Positions 46,404-60,700 of a DNA stretch of 64,000 bases are shown here, in pieces. The stretch is from Hormiphora californensis (Eukaryota; Animalia; Ctenophora). Position 1 is the stretch's first letter. Every line of letters begins with the position of its first letter. The notes beneath the pieces were generated by a model. That model was not told the origin of the DNA and made no database searches. It saw only the letters and a program-made list of their open reading frames with translations. The stretch is from assembly GCA_020137815.1 (NCBI GenBank), contig CM035353.1, positions 7,564,001 to 7,628,000 of the forward strand, read 5' to 3'. The translations under genes were made by a program, and so were the position numbers.

Positions 46404-48389
46404 CAAACATCCAAGAAATTTTTTTTTAATTTTTAAAAAATGTAACCCTTTGTTATTATACAATAATCTAGTTATTTAATCAATTTGTTGAAACTTTATT
46501 ATTAAAAGAGAAAAATTTGTTTCCTTCCTAGTCAAATTTTGTAAACAAGAATAAATGCATTATGTTTCATAATGCTATGTTTCCCCGCCAACCTTTCATT
46601 TCTAACACGAAGGCGGGACAGACATTTCGGATCATTTATAAATCAAGCAAACAGTATAGAACAAATCCTTGTGTTTTAGTAGCACTAAATTGCGCGCCAC
46701 ATTGCGGAATTGCGCGGCACACAATTCCTGAAAACGTGTTAATGAAGTGGTTTATGAAGGAGCAGGTTGTTGTTGTGTGCGCGGCTCTAGTTGCTACATG
46801 TTGCCCCTCGCAACCTGAAACGGGACAAGAGAGCTGACTTGCTACACATAGTCACTATATCCGTTTAGATTTCTAAACCCCTATGCCTTTTTGCAAAAGG
46901 CATCCGGGTGAAGGCCTTCGGCCTTCACCCGGGCGGGGAAAAAATTCAGGATCCTAGTCGGATTAAGATACTTTGACACTGGGGTGAGGAGTATCACAGT
47001 TTACCCCAGTGTCCTCATTCAGAGGTCACTAGCACATGCATCCAGAACATGTAGACCAGACCTGATATGCAGACCAGACCTGACCAGGACACTGATTGTA
47101 CTGATCAGTGATGACCCATGAAATTTGTTTCCATGTGAATGAATTAAATTTAAAAAGAGTTCTAACTTTTGTATTTCTATTTCCAGTTTGACACTGAAAC
47201 GAACCGTGCTGTGACAACCAAGTTCAGGGAGAAACGCCTCTTTACATCTAAGGTACCTGTAACTGCTACAGTTCACAAATCACAAGGTTAACCTCCTGAT
47301 GGAGAAGACTAGATGTGACAGCAAGAAAAGAGGAGAAGGCTGAAAAAGCGGCAGTGGATATTTTGGGAAAGGACACAGCGCCCATTATTCAACAGTAGTT
47401 AACGCTGCCATCGTTACACCTCTTCCGAAGAAGTACAGTGACCGATGGCGAAAAGTTTAATCTCATTGTAAGTTTAAATACGGATTGAATTGACTTACGT
47501 TTATTCTAAGGAGCTAAGTAATTCAGTTGACCCCTGTACGATTGTACGGGTCCAAATGAGTATCTAGCACACTCGCACTTTCTTCTATAAAGATGTAGGT
47601 ATTAACTTTAATCAATAAAGCGTCGAAGAGAACCTTCCCCCGTACAGTAAATTCGAAAGCCGTGCTTCCCATTCAGAGGCAACCTGTCGAAGTAGGAAGA
47701 GCTCTAAGACAGATCATGGGAAGCACCGGCCCCATAATCCATCGCTATAATCAGACAAAAGGTCTGCGAGGATCAATGCGTTAGGCATCCAGGCGGAACT
47801 AGTGGCGACAAAGCAGGAAACAAAAGAGATACCAATTAGGAAAGTAAGCCCGGGGAGAAGATGAGAGGATCACCGCCACCCTCATCGTTATCCAGGGAAT
47901 GAATGATGCCTATCAGGCGTACCACAAGAAGAGCGAATGAAGGAAGAATAGGAGTATCAGAAGATTTAGAAAGGCGTCTTCCCTTAGTAAAGGACCCAAT
48001 AAGATGCCAATAAGAGCCGGGATGAATTGGGGCAAACATCTCGATTTGCTAGTTACTTGAAGATGTCTAGGAAGCGAACTGCGAAGCAGGCGATATGACA
48101 TGCTTCTTTTAGCATCAGTATAATTTTAAAAGTCGAAATCTCTATCATGGACTCCAATAACCAGGGCCCATGTCCAGTTCTACCTACCTGCCCATGCTCC
48201 GTTCTTTCCGATTGTATAGTGTATACCCATATATGTGTTCCTTTACTTATTCATACGTTAGTGTTATTTAATTAATCTTATCTGATTACATAGTTCATAA
48301 AAAACATATATATTTTGTGTATTGCAATAAATCAATTAATAATTATCTATGAGTATTAACATTACAACTACATGGCCTGCGGGGACTGC

Positions 48390-49170
48390 CTAGGTCGAGC
48401 ACCCTGCCCCAAAGACAGATCCAGAGTAGAGCAGGCCCGGACAGCAAGGTGTGAACCTCCGACAGACTCTCCAGATAGATTCGGAGGCCCACCTGGTGGA
48501 GGCCGTAGAAGCTGAAGTGGAGGACGAGTCACCTGCAGGGCCGTCCAACCGGGGAAAGCGGAAGAAAGCCTTCCGCAAGGGTGAGTCGGTCACCTGTCAA
48601 CCAACCGAGGAGGACATAGAGGAATCCCGGACCGCTCCCACGTCCATCATCACTCCCCTGGACACCAGAGGCTGGGAGGACGCCCCTCTCGTAATGGAGG
48701 TCGAAATCAAGATATCAGAGGAAGAAGAGGCAGCAATCCTGCTCGAGCCCAGCACGGTTTCTCCCGCGTGGGCTACCTCCTCCACCCCTCCAACCTCTAC
48801 CGCCCCTCCGACCCCAATCCCGGAACCAGTTACAGATTCTCCTGTAACTGAGCCCGTCACAGCTCCGGACCAGACGACAGCTCCTGACACCAGGACTGCC
48901 CCACCTACCCCTGCCGCAGTTGAACAGGAAGAGGCCCTTACCGCACCGCTCCAGGAGACAGTTTCGACTGCCTCCTCGAGTCTCGACCCCCATGGACACC
49001 TCCTCAGGGACGGATCTACCTGTCCCAAACTTTGCGTCACCATCCAGGGCGGGTCCAGCACCCCTGTACATGCAGCCACCACCCTTGACCCCCAGGGCCC
49101 AGGCATTACAACATGGTGGAGGAGCTGCAGTTGGAGACGGAGATCCGAAGAGCGGAGTACGATACGGTAA
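48390..49170 (+). other. Acidic, Pro/Thr-rich ORF of probable transposon origin
   Basis: 239-aa GC-rich open frame with an NLS-like KRKKAFRK. No recognisable domain; lies in the TE mosaic. Confidence 0.35.
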
Positions 49171-52100
49171 GGAAGTTACATGAAGAAACTGGCGCCCGTC
49201 TCATCCCTCCCCCTGTACTGGCTTTGTAAACAATTTGGGCAGATAGGGCTGTTCCCCCTTTTTATGTTATTTTATAATTGTGTGTATAATTTTAATGTTT
49301 TTAATGTTTTTTATTTTTTTAGGTTATGTGTCCCAGATCTTATTTCTGTCTAGGCATATATGGTGTATCATGGCGTGGCAATTCCCCGCTTTTTTTCTTC
49401 ATTTCTACGTAGCGCACAGAGATTGCCACACTACGATACATTCTGGGCGCCGAGCATTCGAGCCGCGCAATTCGGCCGCTTTTGCGGTCCGAGTTGGGCG
49501 GTTGGGATGGTCGTGTTCCGGGAAGAACTCGAGATCGACACTTCTTACAAGACACTTTTCCCATATCACCCAGATTGGACTCACGCCATCCCCTCGGGAA
49601 CCCTTCATTCATCTACACTCCCATATCCGGTTGTTTATATCTACCTGTGTCACCCAACGCCGCTGGAGGCCCCGGAGCTCGCCACGGAACCTATCAACCC
49701 GGTGAGTACCAGGATTGACCTACAACTTGAGGAAACCGCCGCCAAAAACGTCCTGTGTCTCTGCGTTCGACAATATTTTCTATCTGTAAAAACACTTCAT
49801 TTCATGGGACACTCAAAGTTCTACTCCATTCTTACTGAAGCAGAAGTTTCAGAGATAGAAACGTTTTTTACCGATAAACAACTTGACGTAAGTACTGAAA
49901 CACAAATATCTCCAAATCCCATTACAACACCTAACCCTTGGCAAAATCAACCTCCTCAACCCCCATAGGTATCTATCCAGCCTAATTGGTCAGCCCGCAC
50001 GATTATCGCGACTGGGGAGATCCCTGACAACATCCTCGGTGTAGAGGAAGAATAAGAAGAAAGAAGATATTTACCGGGATCTTCTGGAAACTCAAGAACC
50101 TAATGGAGAGTTGGAGTGCTAACGAGGCCCACCGCAACCCCATCGGACCTCGCCGACCTACTAGAACTTCTGCGGCGTGCACTCTGCACGGGAGAATTCT
50201 TGAAAGAGATTAAGAAGTATAGGAGAGAGTAAATGAACTAAAACTCTGGAGTTGAGAAAGAGAGAGAGAATTGATAAAGACAATTATTTCATTATTGTTG
50301 AGATTTTACTAGGGGTCTGATCGATGTTTATATTTTTATCTATGTCTCATCGCGGTCCAGCCTGATCTTAGGTCTTCTCTCTCTCATAGCGGTATAACCT
50401 GCAATGAGAGAGGAGACTGTACTCTACACCATCCTCGACATACTCCCAGAGGATTACGTGGCCACACAGATAGCTGGACACCGGAGAACAGAAGTAATGG
50501 CGTAAGTGACTAGTATAGCTAAACGGATGGATACATCTCGCCCTTAACAAACCACAGTTGATCCTTCATAATCACAATCACCTCCCACAGCTATGTTAGA
50601 GACGGAAGTCAGGTAACTGACCTCAACGCCTGGAAGCATCTTGCAGAAAAATTACCGAAGAAGCTGGGACCCCTGATCCTACCACCCATAACCATGGGAA
50701 GACCCAAACTCACCAGAAAGTCAACAGAAGCGGACCTGAATGGACGAGTGTACATTTTTACATTTCTAGGAGAATGTCGTTTCACCGAGTTGAGACGGAA
50801 CCCAGCTATCAGTTACAAGAAGGCAAGTAGACAACTTCTAAAACTAAAACCTCCCCTAATGAACACCACCCAACATTCTCCTCACTATCCCTCAGTAGGG
50901 CATCCCTTTGTGATGATCGAATGGCAGACTTGATAAAGGGGCCATTCTTTCTCGATTTAAGGACCAGAAAACCAGAAAAGTGAAAATGTAAACAGATTGA
51001 GATTTGATAAGAGGAGTGGTCTGTGGTTCATAGCCTATTTAACTTAACAATTTAACTTAACAATTAAATCTTAATTGTTATCCATTATTTTTACGGATAA
51101 TTAGCGAGACCATCCTCCCCACACTCCTCGGTCCTGGTGACGGTACGGAAAAGAAAGACGGATTGAAAGTGATGAAGATCTCATCCACGAGGAGGTCGCA
51201 TGGGATGTTTCAAAAAGACCCCCACTGTAGCTAATGTTTAAGTATAAAAGTGACTTAAATAATAAACTAACTAAATTCTATCGACATTATTCTAGTATAT
51301 ATAACCAGGAAGAAGAGGAAGGACAGGTAGAACCGGCCGACCCGGAGCCAAGGGAGAAAATGGTAGGGATGGAACACCCGGAGACAATGCTGCTGATGGA
51401 GAACCCTGTGATATAATTGGTGATGATCCGGGAAAAAGTTCATATAAAAAAATGAAATGAGATCACGACGTACTGAAGATGTGATTAGAGGGCACCGTAT
51501 GTAGATGATACAGGGGGCACATACCTGGGCCAGTGAGGATTATAGACAGAGAAGACAGGACAGGTCCACCAAGGAGAACTGAGGATAATAATGTGGTGAC
51601 AGTGCCAAAAAGGGCAGAAGAGAGGGCAATTGGCGAAAGAAGACGAGGAAACGAACGAGAAAGTGGAGCAGCAACTTTTGGATTTCACTGTCTAGACACG
51701 ACAGAGTTATAACATAGCTCCTCTGGGAATATAAATATTCCCAGAGGAGCTCTGTAAACAGAATTTGTAAAGAAAGAAGACCAGACTATGGGGCACTCAG
51801 TGGCCACGAGATCTGCGGCCCTCTCCAACTGTTGTAGAGTAATCCTCACAACATGGAGAAACATCCGGCAGTACAGGGGCAGTATGGGGGATCTACTTTC
51901 TTCCTTCAACCCCACCGCCACAAATTGGCCCACCAGTCTTCAACAGTACACCTGAACCCATACCTGCATCGGAGGGAGCTAGACCAAGCCGTACCAAAAT
52001 TGATCGAGGACTATCAAGGAGACGAATTGCCCTGTGTTTCTATCCCGTCCGTAGGACGGGTACGGTTTTGATAGTATATATAATAGAGCGTTCGCCGTCG

Positions 52101-53894
52101 CTAATTAATTTGAGTCAATGTCAAGGACTGACAGAGAAAGCGAATTTTGCAGTTATACACACAGAATTTGTATCCGACGATGGGATAATACAGGAACCTA
52201 CACGACCACCAAGCAGGACCTGACCGCCGTGCCTTCTATCGTTATAGTTGACTTATCATCGATGTAGTGGTGAGGCTTGGTGGAAGACAGTCTCCACCCG
52301 CCACCTTCCTGGACTTCTTTATCGTAGAGTTTGAGGGGATCACCAGCTATTACCAGTGAGTCATAATATTAGGTAGTTAGATTTAAAACAAAGATGAAGA
52401 GAGGACCTACTGAAGATACTCAAGGGTAGCACCAGAGCGAGGTTGATCACAGTCATGAGGAGGATCCGAGGCTTCTTTCGGATGGCGATCGTGGTTATCA
52501 GGACTACAGCTGAGGGCTCTCCAGTGACCGACGACGTAAGGACAGCAACCCTGGCACTCCTATGTACAGGGCTCGTAAAAATGGCGAGTAGGGAAAATGG
52601 AAGGAAAGATAGAGGGCCAGGATGTGTTGGACGAAAAAAGGAAGCTACAAAGAGAAATATAGAAAGAAAATATACTGGCAGATAAGCATTTTAGATCCGC
52701 CCACCCTTATCTGAATACAGTACCGTGTGAAATCTGTTAATAGGAAAAGGAGAAGGGAAGATGGCAGAATAATATGGAAATTGCTGAGGGCCAGTTTTAC
52801 GATGAAATTAACAAGTAACTTGTCGTCATAGAAAAGAGCTGGGGAATACCATGCAAAGTGAAATTGACTAAAAATATATAGAAAATTGTTCAAGGAATGC
52901 AGTCTAGTAAGTAGTAAAGTAAATGTAAACAGAATAAGTCTCATACTTAGGGTCATCGAGGATCCTGGTGAGCAGTAGTATATGGTCATTGCCCCCGGCC
53001 ACCAGCTGTTACATTAGACGAACGGGAACCTGCAGTAGCAACAGATTATGGAAACGGTACCAGGGCCATAATGACGGAGACCTACCAGGACATCTCATCG
53101 AAATGTTGGCGAGGGTACCAGCAGCCAAAAGCCGGTCCGAACTTCTAACAGCTCTGCGGTTTCTTTCGGTGGACTATGATCACTGATCAGTGAATAGTGA
53201 TCAGTGATGACTCATGAACAATTTGTTTCCATGAATTGAATTAAAATAGTTCCAACTTCCAATTTCCAGTTTGACACTGAAACGAACCGTGTGACATGGT
53301 CACACTGCGAGGGACACGAGAAAGTGTCAAATACATGAAGAAGAACACCAAGTTCTGCCACATGGAACAACCACGCTGCCGAAATGAGGTATAGCTGGAG
53401 GAGGTTCGGAACAACACATGGAAATCACGAGGAGGAGAAGAAGATTACCCTTTTGAAGCGGCATGGGGTTGAAGTCGGAGACAAAGGTGAAAGGACACAG
53501 CGCCCATTATTCAACAGTAGTTAACGCTGCCATCGTTACACCTCTTCCGAAGAAGTACAGTGATCGATGGGGAAAAGTTTAATCTCATTGTAAGTTTAAA
53601 TACGGATTGAATTTACTTACGTTTATTCTAAGGAGCTAAGTAAGACAGGAGATTGGAAAATGCCAAGTAATCAAAATTCAACGATTGTATTTTCAGCTCA
53701 TGGATCACATGTGTGATGAGGCGGGTATGAAGAGCACCGGAAGGATAGTACTGTGGGACTACCCAGCCCTCACATGCTGGAACTCGAGTTTAAGACAGAA
53801 CTCTTGAACAGATGAAAGCATTGAAAAGAGTTAAAAGAAAGATTCCATGACCTCTCCGTGTACTTCAGGTGATTATACTTTCAACTATGTACAC

Positions 53895-56855
53895 TATCAT
53901 TATTTGTATGCAATTGTATAATTACAGAGTTTTAACAATAAATATTTTCATTGAAATGTCTTTTTTCCAGTTTTAGAACCAGTGACCCCCGGACCAAGTT
54001 ACTGGTGAAGAAGGCAACCCGTCAAAAAAATTTGTCGCACATGACAGTGCAATGGTGAAGCAGTTTTTTAAAAACTGTACAGCGATTGTATTATAAGTAT
54101 AAAAGTGTCTTTAATAATCAACTAATCAACTAAATTCTACCGACCATGGCCGAGATCGTGGCCGAGATCGCCGCCAAATTCTTGAATGGTTCGTGATTAT
54201 AATTTATAAACTACATCATGAAACAATTGTATAGACCCTAAAACTTCCGTTGTATTTAATTTGTATAATTTTTAAACTATGAAGACCGACGCTTACTAGA
54301 TAATTTTCATGTTTCATCCTAACCATATCGTTATGAGATATTATTCATGATCGGCATATCATATTTCCCTACTGTTGATCATATTTGTATAGAGAGAAAG
54401 TGGGATATGAAGAGAGCTATAAAGAGATATTAAAAATCTTGCTCCTCTTGAAAAGTTACCAAAGATTGAAAAGAGTGGAAAATCTTGGTAACACTATCAT
54501 CATATTTTTGGTAACAGTCACAGTTTAGTACCACGAACGAGCAGACCAACCGGGCAGATATGATATTTATATCTCTCACACTCATATTTCGGTAGATGTC
54601 ACCAAGGAGAACGCTATAGGACAGGACCCCTGGTAGTGAGAAGGCGGCCATTTTACGCTTCCTCCCATAGACCAAAAGAGCTCACTCACCCAGCCACCTC
54701 CCACCAGACCTATCTATCCCTGCCAGCTACAGAAGAGGACCAACCCATTCCCAGCCAGGAAACTGTCCCTGACCAGGAACCCTCCCCGATACCGGAAGAG
54801 GAGTCTGACCCGCCATTTTTTGTATTCGGTTTAGATAATAATTATTAGTACTTATTTGTAACCAGTTTGGTTTAGGGAACTGCACTTAGTGGGAGACACT
54901 AGCGTGGTACGCGCAAAAAAATGTGCGCCATACCAATTATCATAATCGATCATATCTCCGGTTCCTGATGATTTTGATTCCTCTAAATCTAGGCTCTTAG
55001 CTCTAAGTAATAACTTCTAACTGCTAAATTAAACAGCCACATATCAGGATTCAAAAATGTGTCATATTACAGGTCGTACCCAGACGGAGCGTCTGTTGTA
55101 CAGGGCTGGTGTTGAGTAGGGAACACTAACCACTCCTGAAACCTCCCTCCTCGTACATTCAATGGCCGCAAAAGTGCTCCGGGAGAAGTACGTGGATTAC
55201 TTCTCGAGGGCAAAGAACTGCTGGTAACCGCACTGCCAATCTCGTTTACTGCGGATGGCATTCATTCGGGGTCAAGTACTTAATTTGTCTTTTCAAAATA
55301 TACATTGGAAATTGACTAATGTGCCACTCTTTTGATTTTACACTAGATCTTTGAGCTTTCAACACTCAACTGAATACTGATATCTCTTTTTCCAAAAAGA
55401 TCCAGAATGCCTACTGCCGTGAGATTTGTCAATCTCAATCGTGACCAATCAGATTTGATCACTTGTCGGTACACCGGGCACCCCTCTTACACCAGCCATA
55501 TGGGGAAAGACATGGCGGAGACTATTGAAGGCCATCTCCGTTACATATTTGGTGACCCAGTATTTAATGAGGGATTCATCGGCGGTTGCGTTGACGGAGC
55601 CATGACACAATCTGATGTAAGTAGTTTATAGTTACTTGATAGGCCAATAAGCAGCTGTAATCAGTGGAGTATCATTATTTGTATGCAATTGTATAATTAC
55701 AAAGTTTTAGCAATAAATATTTCCATTGAAATGTCTTTTTTTCCAGTTTTAGAACCAGTGACCCCCGGACCAAGTTACTGGTGAAGAAGGCAACCCGTCA
55801 AAAAAATTTGTTGCGCATGACAGTGCAATGGTGAAGCAGTTTTTTTAAAACTGTAGCGACTGTATTATAAGTATAAAAGTGTCTTTAATAATCAACTAAT
55901 CAACTAAATTCTACCGACATTATTCCAAAAAAAATCATCGAACCCAACCTCTAACGATGGCCGAGATCGCCGCCAAATTCTTGAATGGTTCGTGATTATA
56001 ATTTATAAACTACATCATGAAACAATTGTATCGACCCTAACTTCCGTTGTATTTAATGTTAATTTTAAACTATGAAGACCGACGCTACTAGAAATTTTCA
56101 TGTTTCACCTAACCATATCGTTATGAGATATTATTCATGATCGGCATATCATATTTCCCTACTGTTGATCATATTTGTAGAGAGAAAGTGGGATATGATA
56201 GCAGCTATAAAGAGATATTAAAAAATCTTGCCCCTCTTGCTCCTCTTGAAAAGTTACCAAAGATTGAAAAGAGTGGAAAATCTATCATCATATTTTTGGT
56301 AACAGTCACAGTTTAGTACCACGAACGAGCAGACCAACCGGGCAGATATGATATTTATATCTCTCACACTCATATTTCGGTAGGTGTCACCAAGGACAAC
56401 GCTATAGGACAGGACCCATGACCCCTGGTAGTGAGAAGGCGGCGATTTTACGCTTCCTCCCATAGACCCAAAGAGCCCTCTCACCCAGCCACCTCCCACC
56501 AGACGTGACCTCTCCATCGCCGCCAGCAGCAGAAGAGTTTTTATTCAAATTATGTGTAGAGACCATAGAAAACAAGATGTTTATGAGATTATACGGGACC
56601 CAAATGGTGACATATATCCTCTGCGGAGAAGGCATTTCAAACCCAAAGAGCCCTCTCACCCAGCCACTTCCCACCAGACCTCTCCATCCCTGCCAGCTGC
56701 AGAAGAGGACCAACCCATCCCCAGCCAGGAATTAACTGTCCCTGACCAGAAACCCTCCCCCATACCGGAAGAGGAGTCTGACCCGTCTTTTTTTGTATTC
56801 GGTTTAGATAATAATTATTAGTACTTATTTGTAACCAGTTTGGTTTAGGGAACTG
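53895..56855 (+). repeat. ~1-kb direct duplication (53895-54885 and 55670-56855)
   Basis: Near-identical blocks from tatcattatttgtatgcaattgtataattaca to tttggtttagggaactg; copy 2 has an extra ~185 bp. Confidence 0.9.
55070..55620 (+). pseudogene. hAT-like transposase fragment
   Basis: YTGHPSYTSHMGKDMAETIEGHL...FIGGCVDGA resembles the hAT RNase H core (G..IA..I...L ... DG). Confidence 0.45.
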
Positions 56856-57799
56856 AACTATTAGGGTCATTATAGAATAATGCTGCGAGGTCATCGAGGA
56901 AGTTTTCCGTGGCCGATGATCTCCTCCATCGCTGAGTAAAGATCTAATGCGAGGGAGTTCGAGACTACATGTGTGGAATCAAGGGAATTGTCTGGGCCAT
57001 AGACGGGTGTCACATCCAAGTGGAGGTGATCCAAGTGGAGGATCACTACAACTATACAATAAGCATTATTCCATTGTTCTATTAGCTGTTACTGGACCGG
57101 ACCTGAGGTTCCCTTTGAGATACAGGAGCACCTGGTAAATGTGGTGATAATGGGGTGCCCCTAGGCCTAGATCTCTGTCCATCTGTTAAAACTGAACTGT
57201 GTCATGTGAATTGTTTAGAAACTGAACGGAAATTGACCAGATCAATAACCCTGACCATCCACTATACCTTGTCCTGAGCGGCACTGACCCATTAGAGCGA
57301 CTCTTTGGAAAAGTAGGGAAAATACGGATAAGTACATGTGTCTCATGTCACTCCTGAAACATATGTCTCGCATCAGAAATTCAAAGGTTAAGAATACGGA
57401 CATATACATATGTATTTAGGAGTCTATATATTTAGTTTATAATTGAGTGTCACATAAAATTAGTTCATTTACCAAAATACACTTATTAAATTTGTTAATT
57501 TTTAATAAAAGATAACAATTTGCTTTTAATAAGAAGGCACTCCCCCAATTCTTCGCCCCAACCTCACTACAAATACAGAAGAGGGCTGCAGACCACTGCC
57601 AGTGGAGATGCTGCTAACCTTTGTTTGACGGGTTGTAAAAGATGAAGATCCCATACAGGTCGCATTTTAAAATGCTAAAAACATCATATTATTTGTGTAT
57701 ATATTTAGTAATATCTTAACATGATTGGTTGCAATTCATTTCTCCTATGGAGCAATGAAAATACTGTATAGCTACATGAACTACATATAGTTGTGTGTC

Positions 57800-60700
57800 C
57801 TCATCCGAATTGTGAGTCCGTTATTTGGAAATACAATTTACCTCTGACCCTGAAAATACCAAAGCGAAGATTCGCTGCAGGTACTTCCGGAGGGGGATTT
57901 GCAGGCACGGTACTGAAGGAACTACTCTTGTGGAAGGAAAAGTATGCCCTTTTTACACTCCCCACCCACTGAGAAACAGGCCAACCCAAGGGAAGGACAC
58001 GAGAGGAATGGTGCAACCCAAGCCCTGGTGAAGAGTGTGAGACATTTGTAAACTACGGCAGATGTAAGCACGGAATGAGTGGGAAAATAAAGAAAAACGA
58101 AAATCTGTGAAGGACGCCACCCCAAGATATGCAAGAAACTGCGATCAGGTGGATTTGGAAAAAACGGGTGTACCAAGGGATCGAAATGTGAGTACCTGCA
58201 CCCCAAGGTATGTAGAGGATCTGTCTCAAAAGAAAAGACGTGTACTGATCCCGTATCCTGTAAGTTCTTCCACATTTCAGGAACACGCCTTTCTCACCCA
58301 AACGTTCATCAAACAAAGCCTAAACCCCCTGGAGCTGGAGTCTCGACCAGCGCCAATTATGCAACTGCACTGGACCAGAAAGCAGAACCAGTAACACCTG
58401 CTGTTCCCGTTACAATGGATTTTCTCCAGGACCTGATCAGAGAAATGAAGGAGGGATTCTCTGCTCAGGCCCAACAAATACAATCTCTGACACGGACCAT
58501 GCACTCTCGAGAAACAGGCTCTCCAATGAAACCCCTGTTTGGAGACTTCCCAACACCCAGCCAAGAACAACAATTCTGGGATTCGGAGCCACCCATTCGA
58601 CATATCAACCTTATCACCTCTCTCAAGGTTTCTCTACTTCAGGTCAATTTCACCTGCAGCTGGAGGGGAGACTAAGTGGAAACTCCCCTACATCAAGGAG
58701 ATGTATCTGTCTCCTGAAAAGCACGAACCCCCAGTCCTCGCAATGGGCATTACGGAGACATGGCTTAAAAGCTACATCTCTGACGCTCAAGTATCTATCC
58801 CCGGATACGCTGTCATACGAGCCGATAGGGAAATAAAAACCGGCGGAGGATGTCTTCTCTATGTCAATGAGGAAATCCCTATCACAAAACAACTCTCATG
58901 GAGCGACAAGCAACAAGTGTAGTGACTGCATTCTCAGAAGAGCATAACCTGCTACTGGGATGTGTCTACAGGCCCCCAGACGCTGATGAATCCTCCTTTG
59001 GAGACGCAATGAGAAAACTACAAGAGGAGATTGATAGCGTCTGCAAGAGTGGCGAAGAACCTGAAATAGTGCTACTGGGGGACTTCAACCTACCTCAGAT
59101 GAACTGGGAAAGTTTTAACATTCGCAACGAAGGAGCGAAGGTTAATGGACCATATCAGCAAACTCTTGAACTGATTAATGAAAACTTTCTGGAACAACTG
59201 GTAAAATCACCCACTAGAGGATCAAACATACTGGACATAGTGCTTACCAACACACCGGATTACTTTGTAAATGTAGAGATTACAGAAGTAAAGATCTCTG
59301 ACCACCGGATGGTGGAGTGCACTCTTGCTTACAACCCCCTCGTAAGCCAAACTACAGGCAAGACTGAAAATGACCCGTTTCGAAAGTTCAAGTTACATAA
59401 CGTGGACTACACCCCCTATGAAAACTAAACTGAGCAAGATTGATTGGGACAAAATCCCAGATTACTGCGACCAGGAGGAAGGGACAGATGAACAGTTCCT
59501 AGATCTTGTAGTCAAAGTAGTCCTTGAAATTGCGGAAGACACCCTCCCAGTTAAAAGATACTGCGGAAGCTAAATCAAAGGATCAAGGAACCTCTCAGAA
59601 GGAAAGCCAGAAAAATCAGAAAGAAGCTCAATCGGAACCCGCCCCCGGATCCCCAGGAGGAGAAATTGCCTCACGAACAGCTGGCGGAACTAAATGATAA
59701 AATGAAGGAGAGAGTCATTGAAAGCCTGGACCAAGAAGAGGAGAGTGCTGTTGCTTCTATCAAAGAAAATCCCCGATTTTTCTCTCTTATGCGAAAAAGC
59801 TATCAAAAACAGCATCAAACATCGCTCCAATTAAACGGGAGGACGGAACTCTTGCCACCTGAGAGTGCTGAGAAAGCACAGCTGCTACAAAAACAGTATG
59901 TACGTGTTTTCAGTGACCCTGACGAAGTTGTTGGTGTAGATAGTCTCTCTTGGACAAACGATGAAGCTGAACAACTCCTTGACGACTTTGACTTCACCCC
60001 CGAAGACATCAAGTTGGCAATGAAGGAGATCAATCCCTACGGGCAGCCCCAGAAGGCGACATCCCTGCAAGAATTCTATATGAATGTCGAGCTCAACTAG
60101 CCTACCCCCTATGGCTCCTCTGGAGGCGATCAATGGATAGAGGAACTATACCTTCCTCCCTGAAAAACCAGCAAATAGTTCCGATATTCAAGAAGGGGGA
60201 CAGGACTAAGGCAGCAAATTATCGACCAGTGTCCTTGACCTCCAACATGAAAAACATTCGAAAGAGTCATGAAAACCGAATTGTTACATTCTTCGAGGAA
60301 ACAACGTGTTCCCAGAATCTCAACACGGGTTCCGGAAAAATCGTAGTTGCCGTGACCCAACTATCGAACGTTGACACCAACTCAAACAACTCCGAGATGG
60401 TAACGAAGTGTATGTTTATATATATTGACTACGCAAAAGCGTTTATAGGTCGATATAAACATCCTCATATCCAAACTTGAACGTTATGGACTCCGTGGAA
60501 AAGTCCTAACTGGATCCGGTGCTTCTTAACGGACAGATACCAAACCGTTGTAGTGGATGGAAAACAGTCCTCACGGGAAAGAGTACGGAGCGGGGTCCCC
60601 GCGGGAACTGTGCTTGGCCCACCCCTCTTCATAGTCTACGTTGCGATTTGGTCTCAGCAGTACAGTTTCCCTTCCAAAAACCCTGGCAGATGACACCAAA

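Larger units (their letters stand above)
45723..46983. mobile_element. 1.26-kb non-autonomous TIR element with 8-bp TSD
   Basis: TIRs cccagtgtcaaagt / actttgacactggg with subterminal ggatcct; TSD gtgaggag (45715-45722, 46984-46991); empty-site paralog at ~44055-44170. Confidence 0.85.
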
